Both the position numbers and the translations under genes were made by a program. A stretch of 64,000 nt of DNA from contig CBDDDG010000016.1 of the NCBI GenBank assembly GCA_965226555.1, positions 1 to 64,000 of the forward strand, written 5' to 3'. Source of the DNA: Salinispira sp. (GTDB taxonomy: Bacteria; Spirochaetota; Spirochaetia; DSM-27196; Salinispiraceae). Shown piece after piece: positions 19,350 to 30,600 of the stretch (within the stretch, counting starts at the first letter, position 1; every line of letters starts with the position of its first letter). A model generated the notes under the pieces. That model ran no database searches. It saw only the letters and a program-made list of their open reading frames with translations, and had not been told where the DNA came from.

Positions 19350-20600
19350 TCACATAACAAATTTTCCGTTTGTTATTATGTGAACTTCTCTGCCGTCCCT
19401 GCAATATGCGAGAACATCGGTTTTATCGTTGCTGATCATAAAATCGGTATGCGCAACGCTCACATTGCATCCGGCATTCTTGAGCGCTTTTTGAGTAGTA
19501 AGCTCACTGCCGTTACGCAGGCATATGGGATATGCCGCTCCAAGGGCAATGTGGCAGGATGCATTCTCATCGAAAAGAATGTTGCCGAAAACAAGACCGC
19601 TTCGGCTGATTGGTGAAGTAATGTCAACCAGAGCAACTTCACCAAGAAAGGAGGCTCCTTCATCAAGAGATAAGAATTTTTCAATAATTTCCCGGCCCGA
19701 TGAAGCGCCGAATTCAACAACCCTTCCTTCAGAAAAACGGAACCACACTCCCTCCACGAGTGTTCCCATTACCATTACCGGCCTGAGTATATGCGTTATT
19801 CCCTCCGTTCGGCGAAAGTCGGGAGCGGTAAAGACTTCTTCGCTGGGAAGATTGGGCTCATGATATCGGCCATCGGGAAGCCGGGCAGGGCCGCCGCACC
19901 ATATGTGCTCAGGACTCAGTCCGACAGTCAGATCGCTATTCGGAGAACGGAAACGAAGAGAATCTATTTGTAGTGTATCCAGCGCGCGTGCCCGCTCTGC
20001 AAGCTTCTTGCCCAGTTCTTTCCAGATGAAGACCGGATCATCGCTATTGAGCCGCAGTATGGATATGTATATTTTCTCAAGCTTTCTGAGAGCTTCCTGA
20101 ACATCTGCTTCACCGGCATCTGCCGGCAAACCATACACCTTCCTCGCCCACTGAGGCCCGGGAACAGCAAGTATAAGCCACGGGAAATGATGCCGCATAA
20201 GTTTGTCGGTAAAAAATTTCAGCGATTCCCTTCTATGAAACTCTACCGTACTGAGATCATCGGAAGATACATGATTCAGAACATCCGATTCTTCCGTATT
20301 ACTAATTTTGATATATGCCCATGACTCATCTATCATCATGCGGCTGCTATCAATGTGACTACGGGGAACATAGGAAAGATTTTCCTTGCTGCTGTATTGG
20401 ATGCGGCTTTTTAAAAGCTCCTTATTCATCAGTTGAATTTCGACAAATCGAGCTCCCAGTTGATAGGCTGTATCGGAAATTATCTGCGCATATTCATAGT
20501 TTCCGACACCTGTCCAGACAACAAGGCACTGATCTTTCTGAATATCTATTCCGACTTTCAGGGCTAATTCTGCAAGGCGTCTCTTATTTTTTTCATCCAT
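19350..20600 (-). CDS. Aminopeptidase, M29 family
   Basis: PNLPSEEVFTAP, LGEVALV, LFDENASCHIALG, HTDFMI. Confidence 0.92.
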   Translation of the reverse strand: MDEKNKRRLAELALKVGIDIQKDQCLVVWTGVGNYEYAQIISDTAYQLGARFVEIQLMNKELLKSRIQYSSKENLSYVPRSHIDSSRMMIDESWAYIKISNTEESDVLNHVSSDDLSTVEFHRRESLKFFTDKLMRHHFPWLILAVPGPQWARKVYGLPADAGEADVQEALRKLEKIYISILRLNSDDPVFIWKELGKKLAERARALDTLQIDSLRFRSPNSDLTVGLSPEHIWCGGPARLPDGRYHEPNLPSEEVFTAPDFRRTEGITHILRPVMVMGTLVEGVWFRFSEGRVVEFGASSGREIIEKFLSLDEGASFLGEVALVDITSPISRSGLVFGNILFDENASCHIALGAAYPICLRNGSELTTQKALKNAGCNVSVAHTDFMISNDKTDVLAYCRDGREVHIITNGKFVM

Positions 20601-20688
20601 ACAATTCCTCTATTATATAGTAAAATTATTTTCATGTATACGAACACATGATACCGTTCGGTACAGTTTGATACACAAGGAACATTTC

Positions 20689-22206
20689 ATGCGCATAGTT
20701 CATCCGGAACATGATCAATCGGGGAAACGTGTTACCGTTATGGGGCTCGGTCTGCACGGCGGAGGCGCTGCGGCTGCCCGGTATTTTGCCGACAGAGGAG
20801 CTCAGGTAACCATTACCGATCTCAGAGATGAAGAAACTCTTCGTCCGAGTTTGGAAGTGCTTTCATCGGATAGGCTGCGCTATGTTCTGGGCAGGCATGA
20901 AGAACGGGATTTTACTCATGCCGATGTTATCGTAAAGAATCCGGCAGTGCCGCGAAATTCTCCCTATATTATCACGGCACTGCAGCATGGGGCAGCTCTT
21001 GAAACCGATATCAGTATTTTTCTCTCGTTTCTTTGTAATCTTTCGCTTCAGGGGAGACAAGGGGTTCAGGGGGAGCAAGGGGTTCGGGGGAATCGGGAGC
21101 CCGCAGACAGGCATGCGCCTGAATTGGGGAATGTTGTTTTCATCGCCGTTACCGGGAGCAAGGGAAAAAGCAGTACAAGTACTATTATCCACCATATTCT
21201 CAGTTTGGAAGGAGATAAATCTGCTGCCTATCTCGGAGGAAACATTACGGTGTCGCCGCTTTCTTTTCTGGAAGATATACCGCAGGCAATAGCTCGCGGC
21301 AAAACTGTCTACATTGTTCTTGAACTTTCATCATTTCAAATTGGCGACCTTCGTCAAGTCATTGACTCCCGGCATGCTCAGCATGAACTGTACTGGCCCG
21401 ATTACGCCATTCTCACCACTATTCTTCCCGATCATCAGGATTACTACCATAACATGGAAGATTATGTTCGGGATAAACTTTATCTTTTTGAGAATATGCC
21501 GTATGAGAATATCAGAATCATTGGTGATGCCGGAAAGTGGATGTCGTTATTTCTCAGGAGCGGAGAAAGCATTGCTGCCGCGGATATTAAAAATCCCAAA
21601 ATGACCGACACAGGTAAAAACTTCAGGATAATGGGAGAACATCTGCGTACTAATATCAATATGGCAATTCATCTGTTGAGGATCATGGGAATAGGTGCTG
21701 AACAGATTAATCGGGGAGTTGAAAATTTTCCCGGCATAGATCACCGACTTCAGGAAATCGGCGCCTGTATGGAGGGACGAATGCGAATTATCAATGATTC
21801 CGCAGCCACAATTCCCGAGGCATGTTTGCAGGCAGTCAGAACCTTTGATAATGTGTACCTGATCTGCGGCGGCGCCGATAAAAATCTTCTTCTTGATCGT
21901 ATTGTCGATGCGGGAAGATATTGCAGGAAATTGTACCTTCTTGAAGGCAGCGCAAGCAGTAAGCTCATTGCCCTGTTTGAAAAAAACGAGCTGCCGTTCA
22001 AGGGACTATTCAGTACTATGGAAGATGCCGTCCGAAATGCCTATGACGATGCCCGCGCGCGCGCGCTGCGGGATGACAGCAGTGTTGTTATTCTCCTGTC
22101 GCCGGGCTGCGCCAGTTTTGGAATGTTTCAAAATGAATTTGATCGGGGGCGGAAGTTTATTCAGGCTGCGCAAAGGCTCCCTGAATTCAGTTCGATTCGG
22201 TATTGA
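20689..22206 (+). CDS. murD: UDP-N-acetylmuramoyl-L-alanine--D-glutamate ligase
   Basis: VMGLGLHGGG, VTGSKGKS, LELSSFQ, DHQDY, NDSAAT, LLSPGCASF. Confidence 0.93.
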   Translation: MRIVHPEHDQSGKRVTVMGLGLHGGGAAAARYFADRGAQVTITDLRDEETLRPSLEVLSSDRLRYVLGRHEERDFTHADVIVKNPAVPRNSPYIITALQHGAALETDISIFLSFLCNLSLQGRQGVQGEQGVRGNREPADRHAPELGNVVFIAVTGSKGKSSTSTIIHHILSLEGDKSAAYLGGNITVSPLSFLEDIPQAIARGKTVYIVLELSSFQIGDLRQVIDSRHAQHELYWPDYAILTTILPDHQDYYHNMEDYVRDKLYLFENMPYENIRIIGDAGKWMSLFLRSGESIAAADIKNPKMTDTGKNFRIMGEHLRTNINMAIHLLRIMGIGAEQINRGVENFPGIDHRLQEIGACMEGRMRIINDSAATIPEACLQAVRTFDNVYLICGGADKNLLLDRIVDAGRYCRKLYLLEGSASSKLIALFEKNELPFKGLFSTMEDAVRNAYDDARARALRDDSSVVILLSPGCASFGMFQNEFDRGRKFIQAAQRLPEFSSIRY

Positions 22207-22223
22207 ATTGTGGAATGACTTTC

Positions 22224-22931
22224 TTATGGCAAAACTTCACGCACTTTTTTGTGTCGATTCATCCAGGCGGCAAGCCAGATGAAGGGAGTATCCAGAAGAG
22301 AAACAAGGGCTTTTATAAGCCAGGTTGATACAAATATTTCCGCAAAAACACTCCATGAAAATATACCAAACAATGTAGCCGCGCATACAAAAATGAAACT
22401 GTCCAGAAGCTGACTGACCAGAGTACTGAGATTATTTCTCAACCAGATAAAGCGCAGCTCAGGCCGTAACCTTCGCCAGAAATCATATGACCAGATATCA
22501 TGAAATTGACTTACACCGAAAGCAAGCAGACTTGCCACCGTAAGCGACGGAAAAAAGGAAAATAGTGCTTCAATATGCGGCTGCGCAATATCGGTACTGC
22601 CCGGGGTAAAGGAAATTGCAAGATTCATAATAATTGTTGTCATTATGAGCGTAATAAACCCAATGAGTACTGCAGTTCGGGCAGTCTTTTTTCCATATAT
22701 CTCACTCATAATATCGGTTATGAGAAAACTGCCCGCATACAAAATGTTTCCAAGCGTTGCGGTAATACCGAGAAACTCAACCGTCTTCAGAACCTGAATG
22801 TTTGCCAGAATAACCGTAATAGGAATCCATACAAAAAGGCCGAGGCAGCCGAGAAAACGAAATGACATGAGAATGGAACTAAAAACGATGAGGAGCATGA
22901 CAAGAAATATAAGTTCATTAGACATAGTCAC
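22224..22931 (-). CDS. Queuosine precursor transporter (YhhQ/DUF165 family)
   Basis: LANIQVLK, TDIMSEIYG, WLRNNLSTLVSQLLDS. Confidence 0.88.
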   Translation of the reverse strand: MTMSNELIFLVMLLIVFSSILMSFRFLGCLGLFVWIPITVILANIQVLKTVEFLGITATLGNILYAGSFLITDIMSEIYGKKTARTAVLIGFITLIMTTIIMNLAISFTPGSTDIAQPHIEALFSFFPSLTVASLLAFGVSQFHDIWSYDFWRRLRPELRFIWLRNNLSTLVSQLLDSFIFVCAATLFGIFSWSVFAEIFVSTWLIKALVSLLDTPFIWLAAWMNRHKKVREVLP

Positions 22932-23004
22932 CTACCGGAACCGCAAAACCTCAGCGGATCGCCCGCCCGATCAGCGGAATCGCCGGAGCGGATCGCCCGC
23001 CCGA

Positions 23005-23949
23005 TCAGCGGCGGCCCTGTTCAAAGGGTTCACCAATCGCTCTGGGCGCCTGCGATGATTTTGAAAAAACCACAAGCGCAATGAGTGTCGCAACATAGGG
23101 AAAGGTTTTAAGCACAACATTTGGAAGAACGGCAAGTTGAGGAATGACCTGGCTCACATTGGCAATAGTAGTAGCAAATCCGAAGAAAAATGTTGCCCCC
23201 AGAATGCCGAGGGGTTTCCACTGGCCAAAAATAAGAGAAGCCAGCGCAAGAAAACCAAGACCAGACATGGTACCATTGAACTGTCCTGAGTAGGTAACGA
23301 TAACTATGGCTCCGCCGAGGCCCGCAAAGGCGCCGGACACTCCAACGCCAATGTACCGGGTGCGGCGCACATGTATTCCTGCCGCTTCAGCAGCATGGGG
23401 GTGTTCACCACAGGCCCGAAGATGCATTCCTCCCGGAGTATAATACAGGACATAGTACGAAATTCCCAGAATGAGCAATACCAACCACGTAGTCTCATAA
23501 CTGTTCGTGAAAAACAGCGGGCCGAGGACGGGAATGCGGTGAAGTACGGGAACGTTAAACCTGTCGAGGGCATTAACAATTTGAATGTTACCGTTGCCGA
23601 GTATGTTGCGGGCAAAGAAAACAGTGAGGCCTGTTGCAATAAGATTTATTGCCGTTCCGGAAATAACCTGATTTGCATTGAGAGAAACAGAGGCAAAGGC
23701 ATGGAGCATGGAAAACAGCGCCCCCGCGCACATTGCAGCAAAAAGCCCAAGCCAGATGGCTCCGGCAAACGATTGTTCGGTCACCTGTATTACCAACGCA
23801 GAAGCAAAGGCCCCAATGACCATGAGCCCTTCAAGACCGATATTTACAACACCCGAACGTTCACTGAATAGGCCGCCGAGGGAAGTAATAAGAAGAGGAA
23901 TAGTATATGCAATGGCATAGGGAAATATCTGTGTAATGAGCTCTATCAT
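23005..23949 (-). CDS. Nucleoside/sugar ABC transporter permease
   Basis: ERSGVVNIGLEG, LRACGEHPHAA, FGQWKP. Confidence 0.9.
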   Translation of the reverse strand: MIELITQIFPYAIAYTIPLLITSLGGLFSERSGVVNIGLEGLMVIGAFASALVIQVTEQSFAGAIWLGLFAAMCAGALFSMLHAFASVSLNANQVISGTAINLIATGLTVFFARNILGNGNIQIVNALDRFNVPVLHRIPVLGPLFFTNSYETTWLVLLILGISYYVLYYTPGGMHLRACGEHPHAAEAAGIHVRRTRYIGVGVSGAFAGLGGAIVIVTYSGQFNGTMSGLGFLALASLIFGQWKPLGILGATFFFGFATTIANVSQVIPQLAVLPNVVLKTFPYVATLIALVVFSKSSQAPRAIGEPFEQGRR

Positions 23950-25181
23950 ATTCCATCCTCCTGATCCACGAACTGCTCCCGCGTTGCTTCGGGCTGCTCC
24001 CGCGCCGCAGACCCTTCCTGCGCCGCTGGCTGCCCATCGCCTGCCCGCCTGTGTTTTTGTTTTTTACGTTTCCGCGCGTTGAGAATTCGGCTGAACAGAA
24101 TGCTTGTGGCAGAACCATAAATAATTAAGCCAATAATAATGTCGCCAATTTCAGGCGGAACATCCGTAACCGACTGCATAAACCCCTTACCATTCTGGAG
24201 CAGACCAAAAAATATAGCAGCAAACAGCGAGCCGACCGCCGTATTAGCCCCCAGAAGCGCAACCGCAATACCGTTGAAGCCCTGACTCGGCAGTATTCCT
24301 ATTTCAAGATGACTGGAATAGCCTGCGTAATAGGTAAAACCGGCAATTCCCGCAAGCGCGCCGGCAATGGACATGGAGAGAATAATGTTCCGATTCACAT
24401 TCATACCGGCGTACTCCGAGGCAAAGCGGTTAAATCCGGCAGCCTTCAGTTGATAGCCAAGCACGGTTTTATTGATGATGATCGCGATGATGATGACAGC
24501 AAGTATCGCAATGAAGAACCCAAGATTCAGGAAGGAACGGTCGGTAAGTTCGGTAAGCCATTCGACACGCAAACTGGCGTAGTCGGGAATTTTCGCCGAC
24601 TGTGTTTCCTGCCCTGCGGTAAAGAAAGACTGGATGGTATAGTGCGTGATCCAGAGCGCTATGAAATTCATCATGATGGTGGAGACGACTTCATGAACAT
24701 TAAATTTCGCCTTGAGAAAGCCCGGAACAAAGCCCCAAAGCGCACCTCCCGCAGTAGCAGCGAGAAACATAATGACCAGCATTACCGGCTTCGGCAGATT
24801 GAGGCTTAGGGCGAGAACGGTGGTAATGAGACCGCCTGCCAGCATCTGCCCTGAGGCGCCGATGTTAAAGAGCCCCGTCCGAAAGGCGAAGGCCACGGAA
24901 AGACCGGTAAGAATGAGGGTTGTCGCATTCGCGAAGGTGTTGGAAAAACGCTTGAGGCTCATGAAGCCGCCGCGAATAAGCGCCCAGTACGCAGTAATGG
25001 GGTTATTGCCGGTAATGATAATAAGAACTGCACTGATAATAAGGCCAAAGAGAATTGCCATGAGCGAAAGTTTGAGTTGCATCGGAATGCGTAGTTGCAG
25101 CCCTGCGCCCCGTTTCAGCTCATCGCGTGTTTTCAGCCCGCCGTCCCGCAGGGCAGTATCTTTATTATCCGGCATTTTCAA
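23946..25181 (-). CDS. Nucleoside/sugar ABC transporter permease
   Basis: GLFNIGASGQ, VHEVVSTIMMN, GFNGIAVALLG. Confidence 0.9.
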   Translation of the reverse strand: MKMPDNKDTALRDGGLKTRDELKRGAGLQLRIPMQLKLSLMAILFGLIISAVLIIITGNNPITAYWALIRGGFMSLKRFSNTFANATTLILTGLSVAFAFRTGLFNIGASGQMLAGGLITTVLALSLNLPKPVMLVIMFLAATAGGALWGFVPGFLKAKFNVHEVVSTIMMNFIALWITHYTIQSFFTAGQETQSAKIPDYASLRVEWLTELTDRSFLNLGFFIAILAVIIIAIIINKTVLGYQLKAAGFNRFASEYAGMNVNRNIILSMSIAGALAGIAGFTYYAGYSSHLEIGILPSQGFNGIAVALLGANTAVGSLFAAIFFGLLQNGKGFMQSVTDVPPEIGDIIIGLIIYGSATSILFSRILNARKRKKQKHRRAGDGQPAAQEGSAAREQPEATREQFVDQEDGI

Positions 25182-26682
25182 TTCCCGCCATCATGAGACC
25201 AACCTCATTTTCATCAGTTTCCCGTGCAAGAACTTCTCCGACCTTGCTGCCGCTATTAATGACAATAATACGGTCTGAGAGATCAAGCACCTCATCAAGT
25301 TCAAGACTCACCAGAAGAACCGCCTTTCGGCTATCCCTCTGTTCAATGAGACGTTTGTGAATGTATTCAATAGAACCGACATCGAGCCCCCTTGTGGGCT
25401 GCACGGCAATAAGCACCTCGGGATCGTGACTCACTTCCCTCCCGACAATTGCCTTCTGCTGGTTGCCCCCTGAAAGCTTGCGCGCCAGAGAAACAGCGCC
25501 CTTGCCCGAGCGCACATCGAAGTCCTTTATGAGCTTTTCGGCGTGCCTGCGAATTGCATCAAACTTCAAAAAGCCGCGCGATGAAAAAGCCGAACCTGCA
25601 TGATTTTCAAGAATGAAATTTTCTTCAATAGTGTAGTCGAGAATAAGACCGCGTTTTTGCCGGTCGGCGGGAATGTGAGCGATTCCCGCATCAAAACGTT
25701 CTTTAATTGAGAAGCCGGTAATGTTTCTGCCCTTCAGCCGGATGGAACCCGATTCCATATTCCGCAGACCCGTAATAGCTTCCACAAGTTCCTGCTGTCC
25801 GTTTCCATCGACTCCGGCAATTCCCAGAATTTCACCAGAGCGGAGGTCAAAATTGAAACTTTTTACTGCATCTTCGCCGCGGTTGCCCCTTACCACAAGA
25901 TCTTCAACAGAGAGAACAACATCGCCAAAGGCATCATTACCCTTTTCCACATGAAAGGAGACCTCACGCCCAACCATCATTTCAGCCATTTCTTTTTCAC
26001 TTGTCTTTGCGACATCGACAGTGCCAATGAGTTTGCCGCGGCGGATAATACTGCAGCGGTCGGCGGCTTCCTTTATCTCCTTGAGTTTGTGGGTAATGAG
26101 GATGATGGATTTTCCTTCATTGAGGAGATTCCGCATGATCTTCATGAGCTCATGAATCTCCTGGGGTGTGAGAACTGCGGTCGGTTCATCGAAAATGAGA
26201 ATATCGGCATTGCGGTAAAGCATTTTCAGAATTTCCACCCGCTGCTGCATACCGACCGAGATATCTTCAATTTTTTCTTCAGGATTAACATTCAAACCAT
26301 AATGAGACGACAGGGCTTCAATTTTTTTTGCGGCGCCCCTGCGGTCCACGACATCCTTCGCCATAGGTTCCATGCCGAGAATGATGTTCTCAGTTACCGT
26401 GAAATTATGAACAAGTTTGAAATGTTGATGCACCATGCCAATGCCGAGATGGCTTGCCTGAGTGGGGTTCTGTATTTTAACTTCCTGACCGCGTATGAAG
26501 ATGTTGCCGCCGTCGGGCTGATAAAGACCGAAGAGGATATTCATGAGCGTGGACTTACCCGCTCCGTTCTCCCCGAGAAGAGCAAGAACCTCTCCCTCGT
26601 GCACCGAAATGGAGACATTGTCGTTGGCGACAATTCCCGGAAACTCTTTACGAATGTTACGCATCTCAATAATCGGATTCAT
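25165..26682 (-). CDS. Nucleoside/sugar ABC transporter ATP-binding protein (two ABC domains)
   Basis: GENGAGKST, DEPT, LSGGNQQK, QPTRGLDVG. Confidence 0.93.
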   Translation of the reverse strand: MNPIIEMRNIRKEFPGIVANDNVSISVHEGEVLALLGENGAGKSTLMNILFGLYQPDGGNIFIRGQEVKIQNPTQASHLGIGMVHQHFKLVHNFTVTENIILGMEPMAKDVVDRRGAAKKIEALSSHYGLNVNPEEKIEDISVGMQQRVEILKMLYRNADILIFDEPTAVLTPQEIHELMKIMRNLLNEGKSIILITHKLKEIKEAADRCSIIRRGKLIGTVDVAKTSEKEMAEMMVGREVSFHVEKGNDAFGDVVLSVEDLVVRGNRGEDAVKSFNFDLRSGEILGIAGVDGNGQQELVEAITGLRNMESGSIRLKGRNITGFSIKERFDAGIAHIPADRQKRGLILDYTIEENFILENHAGSAFSSRGFLKFDAIRRHAEKLIKDFDVRSGKGAVSLARKLSGGNQQKAIVGREVSHDPEVLIAVQPTRGLDVGSIEYIHKRLIEQRDSRKAVLLVSLELDEVLDLSDRIIVINSGSKVGEVLARETDENEVGLMMAGIENAG

Positions 26683-26712
26683 AGAACCTCGCTCAAAATT
26701 TCAATATATTTA

Positions 26713-26742
26713 ATTATGCCCTCATTGACCGCTATTTGTCAA
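26713..26742 (-). promoter_or_regulatory. Sigma70-type promoter for the ABC operon
   Basis: TTGACA-N18-CATAAT on the minus strand. Confidence 0.55.
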
Positions 26743-26760
26743 TAAAAAAGTGAAATTTTA

Positions 26761-26787
26761 TGGGATATAAACCTTTGAGCTGACCCC
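26761..26787. repeat. 27-bp direct repeat (also 33494-33520; 19-bp inverted core at 63727-63745)
   Basis: TGGGATATAAACCTTTGAGCTGACCCC exact at both sites. Confidence 0.9.
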
Positions 26788-26798
26788 ACTTTGACCTA

Positions 26799-26999
26799 TT
26801 ATGCGATCATTTCTTCCGAGTCCCTCCATCGCTCAAGCGTCGGTCGTGTGAGCCGTTGCTCCATTATGATCGGCTTAAGCCGGAGAATATCACTATCCAC
26901 ATTGGTATTCCGCTGCCTCAAAAGCTCCAGCGGAGTCCCTTTGCGGTAGGTGTTGAACCTCCGGTAATTGAAAACTATCTGATACTCCTCGGCTTCCTT
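26799..26999 (-). mobile_element. Probable integrase-core transposase C-terminal remnant, fused to the duplicated ABC ATPase start
   Basis: EAEEYQIVFNYRRFNTYRKGTPLELL resembles the YN..RP....TP C-terminus of DDE integrase cores. Confidence 0.45.
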
Positions 27000-27110
27000 A
27001 AGAACCTCTTCCTCGTGCACCGAAATGGAGACATTGTCGTTGGCGATAATTCCCGGAAACTCTTTACGAATGTTACGCATCTCAATAATCGGATTCATAG
27101 AACCTCACTC
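27000..27110 (-). repeat. 111-bp duplicate of the ABC ATPase 5' end (other copy 26584-26694)
   Basis: 3 mismatches; encodes MNPIIEMRNIRKEFPGIIANDNVSISVHE. Confidence 0.95.
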
Positions 27111-27609
27111 CAGTTTCAAATTGTTCCTCTATTTTTCTAATTTTATCAATTAAAAATTTCAGATAAAACCCCTCAATAGATCTAACTTGAACATACTTTT
27201 CATCTACAAAATAATCATACATTTCTCTTGGTTCAATATCGTTACGATACCAAAATTTTAACGACTCATTGTTTGCTTCTTGCTTTTTTAGATAGGCGAC
27301 TATTTCTTCCAATGTGCTCTCTCGTTGAAAAGTATCTTTTGTCTTGCGATTTCTAAAGACTGATCGTACTTCATGCCTACTTGATACTTTTTTTAAAAAA
27401 AACGAGTCGATACAGTTTATCTTTTGCCTATGTTTATGTAAAACAACACCACGTTTATTCTCATAACAATCTATGCAATAATTTACCGATTTATAGGGAA
27501 AATAATTTGCTTCGTATATTTTTCCACAATTATCGCAAGCTCTTTCATCTCCTTCTTTAAGCCTATCAATTTTACTGTGTAATTTTTTAAGTATTACTGT
27601 ATTTTGAAG
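27082..27609 (-). CDS. Start-less reading frame (C4 Zn finger plus WYL-like tail), probable frameshift extension of the upstream helicase
   Basis: Open from 27657 to 27082 with no ATG/GTG/TTG before 27312; CDNC...CIDC; joins the helicase frame at the A9 run 27610-27618. Confidence 0.65.
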   Translation of the reverse strand, partial: LQNTVILKKLHSKIDRLKEGDERACDNCGKIYEANYFPYKSVNYCIDCYENKRGVVLHKHRQKINCIDSFFLKKVSSRHEVRSVFRNRKTKDTFQRESTLEEIVAYLKKQEANNESLKFWYRNDIEPREMYDYFVDEKYVQVRSIEGFYLKFLIDKIRKIEEQFETGVRFYESDY

Positions 27610-30600
27610 TTTTTTTTTACCAAATTTTGCAATCTGTTGTCTAAAATTTCTATTGGATCATTCCCAATATTAAAACGGTTTATTCGTAAAAATTTGTAGC
27701 CATATCCTTCCAAAATTTTCTGTCTATAAATATCATCAGCTTTCATATAATCCTTATAATTAGACTTGTTCACATCCTCCCTATCGACGAAGTGTTCTTT
27801 GAAGCCGTCATATTCTATGACAATTTTTAGTCCGTTAAAAATTATCAAAAAATCAACCCTATAGTTTGGATGATTATAATCTTTATTTAATTGCTTGAGG
27901 TATTTTCCAAGTTCAAATTGAGGAATAAATTCAATTGTGTCTTTATTTTCTTTGTAAAATTTTGTGTTATAAAAAATTTTCTCAACCTCATATTCCATTT
28001 TTGAATCAAGTTTTTTAATGATTCTTTTCTTGCCAATTTCTAATTCATTTTGGTAATGTAACATTGCATTTTTTATTTCCCCTTGAAATTCTTCTATTGG
28101 CTTGCTCAATACAAAATGGATACATTCTTTAGCACGACTAAAACCAACATTCATTCTTTGAGACCGAAGTGTTCCATCTATTTCATCGCTGATTGAAGAA
28201 AAGTCTTTCAAAAATATCCAGCTCAAACGATCTTTTTCTTTTGTTGCCACCATTGAATAAAAAATATAATCCCTTTCTTCTCCTTGGCAGGTGTCAAAAG
28301 TCATTATTTTTAATTTACATTTTTCAAAAAACCAATCTCTTTCAGGTAATTTATTAATTCTGTCAAAAAGTAAAGTTACCTGTTCTCTATGGGGAGTAAT
28401 GATTCCAAGACTTTGTTCAATTTCTTTTTCTTTAAATTCTTGAAGTTTTTTAATTATATGCCTCATTTCCAGTTCATTTGTATTTTTATTTGCATCAAAT
28501 TTTCCGTCATGGTCTATGATTTCAATTTTAATTATATCTTCAATTTGCTTTCCTCTAATTTTCATGCATTGAAGAGTTTTGTCGTAAAAATATTTATCTG
28601 AATAAGAAATTATTTCTGGATAACATCGGAAATGTTTTTTTAGCTGACATTCATAATTTCTAATAAATCTTGAAAATTTAAGAATAGAATTTTTAATATC
28701 AAAATTTTCTTTTACTTTTGTAAGCCAACCATTTTTATCAAGTCCGTTAAGTCTTTCTTCTAAAAAAGTATCTTGCACCCTTTTTCGTAGTTCCTGATTT
28801 GTTACCTTGCTTGCATGATTTGCTTTCACATTTGAAAACTGCTTATCGTCTCCCAATACTATTATCTGTGTCCCTCGCACAAGTGCAGGCAATGCCTGTG
28901 CAATGCTGACCTGTGAAGCCTCATCAATTATAATTAAATCAAATAAATTTTTCTCTAACGGAATGAATTCTGCATAATCCCTAATCCCTGCCAAAATACA
29001 AGGAAATGCTTTTTTCAGATTTTTAAAGAGGGCTTGGGGGAACTTTTGTTTTTTTCGTACAATGTTTTTTAATGTTCCCACTTCGTTAGCATAATTTTGA
29101 GTATATTCAATAATGCTTTTATCTAAGAAATATGTCATTCTTGCAGTCGTTAAATTTTCAATCTCGCTTATTGAATTAGAAAATCTATCTTCTGGATAAG
29201 TGTTAAATTGTTTTTCTAATTTTGACTGTACATTTTTATGCTTCAAATATTCTTCAATTTCTTCGTTGGTATGGTCTGACAAAATACTAGATGGTTGATT
29301 TATATTTTCAGCCGATATGTTTAATTTAATTTTCTCTGAAAACTCAGGATATTTTTCTTTTATGTCCAAAATATAATCAACATCGCTTTTAAATGTTTTT
29401 ATTTTTTCAATTATCTTTATGAGATTGTTCAATGACTTGCTTATGTCGTTTGAGAAAAAAACACTGCAATTTTCATTACTATCTATTTTTATATCATCTG
29501 GAATTATATGATATAATTCATTAACAACATGATCAATATTATTTATTTGCTTAAATACTTCTATGTTCCAACTCACCTGCTGAATTTCATATTCTAAATC
29601 ACCTATATCAGAAATTGTTGATTCAATTAACTCTTTCTCTGTTACAAGCTTTTTTTGTAGTTTTTTGATTGCTTTATAGTCCGACAAGTATTCATTATTA
29701 TTGTTGTTTAGCAAGTCTATTAAAATTCTAAAAATTGAATATATGGAGGACTCTTCAGTTGTATATTCATTTGGAATTTTTTCATAAACAAAAGCAAACA
29801 AATCAGAAACTTGTTGTATATCTTTTATATACCTTTGAGGTTTTTCTATTCCAAAATAACTAAATGTCTTTTTTAGATTTCTGGTAGCCGTTTCAATTTT
29901 TTTTGTTTTAAATAAGAATCCTATAATGGGCAATTTAATTGCGTTTAGATTATTAACATATGCCCTAAGTTCGGTGATTGCTTTTTCAGAGTTTGTGTTT
30001 TTAGGAATTTCAAAATGAGAAAAAATATTGTAATTACCAAATGCTTCTCCTAAAAATTTTTCTGATTCTGAAAATAGATCGAAAGAAGTATCCACGATTC
30101 CTGAACGCCGCATTAAAACCCCGAGATTCAATTCGTTTGCTGGTTTAAATAATTTTGAAATGGCAGGCATGTTTTTATACAAAATACCTAATTCAGACAG
30201 TGTTGTTTTTATAGAATTTAATGAATGGAATATTTTTTCATCATACGGAGCATGATTATCAAATTCCTGAATTAAAATATTTATATCAATATTTTTATTT
30301 TTTTCAGCAAACTCTATTTTTGAATCACTTAAAATTCCCAAAAAACTCTGGTATTCATTCAAAAGTTCATAGTTCGTATCGGTTAATAATTTTTTATCAA
30401 TTTTTAAACCATTGTCATGTTTAGAAAGTTTCTGAATTCCTTTCTTGATTCGTAGCAAATTAATAGCATATTCCTCTGTGGAATTAAGCCAATCAATAGT
30501 TGAAAACCTATCAAAATTTTGAAAATACAATTCAATATCTTTGATGTCTATATTTTCAAAATAGTTTATATTTTCTGTTATATTTTTCTTTAACGTGCGG

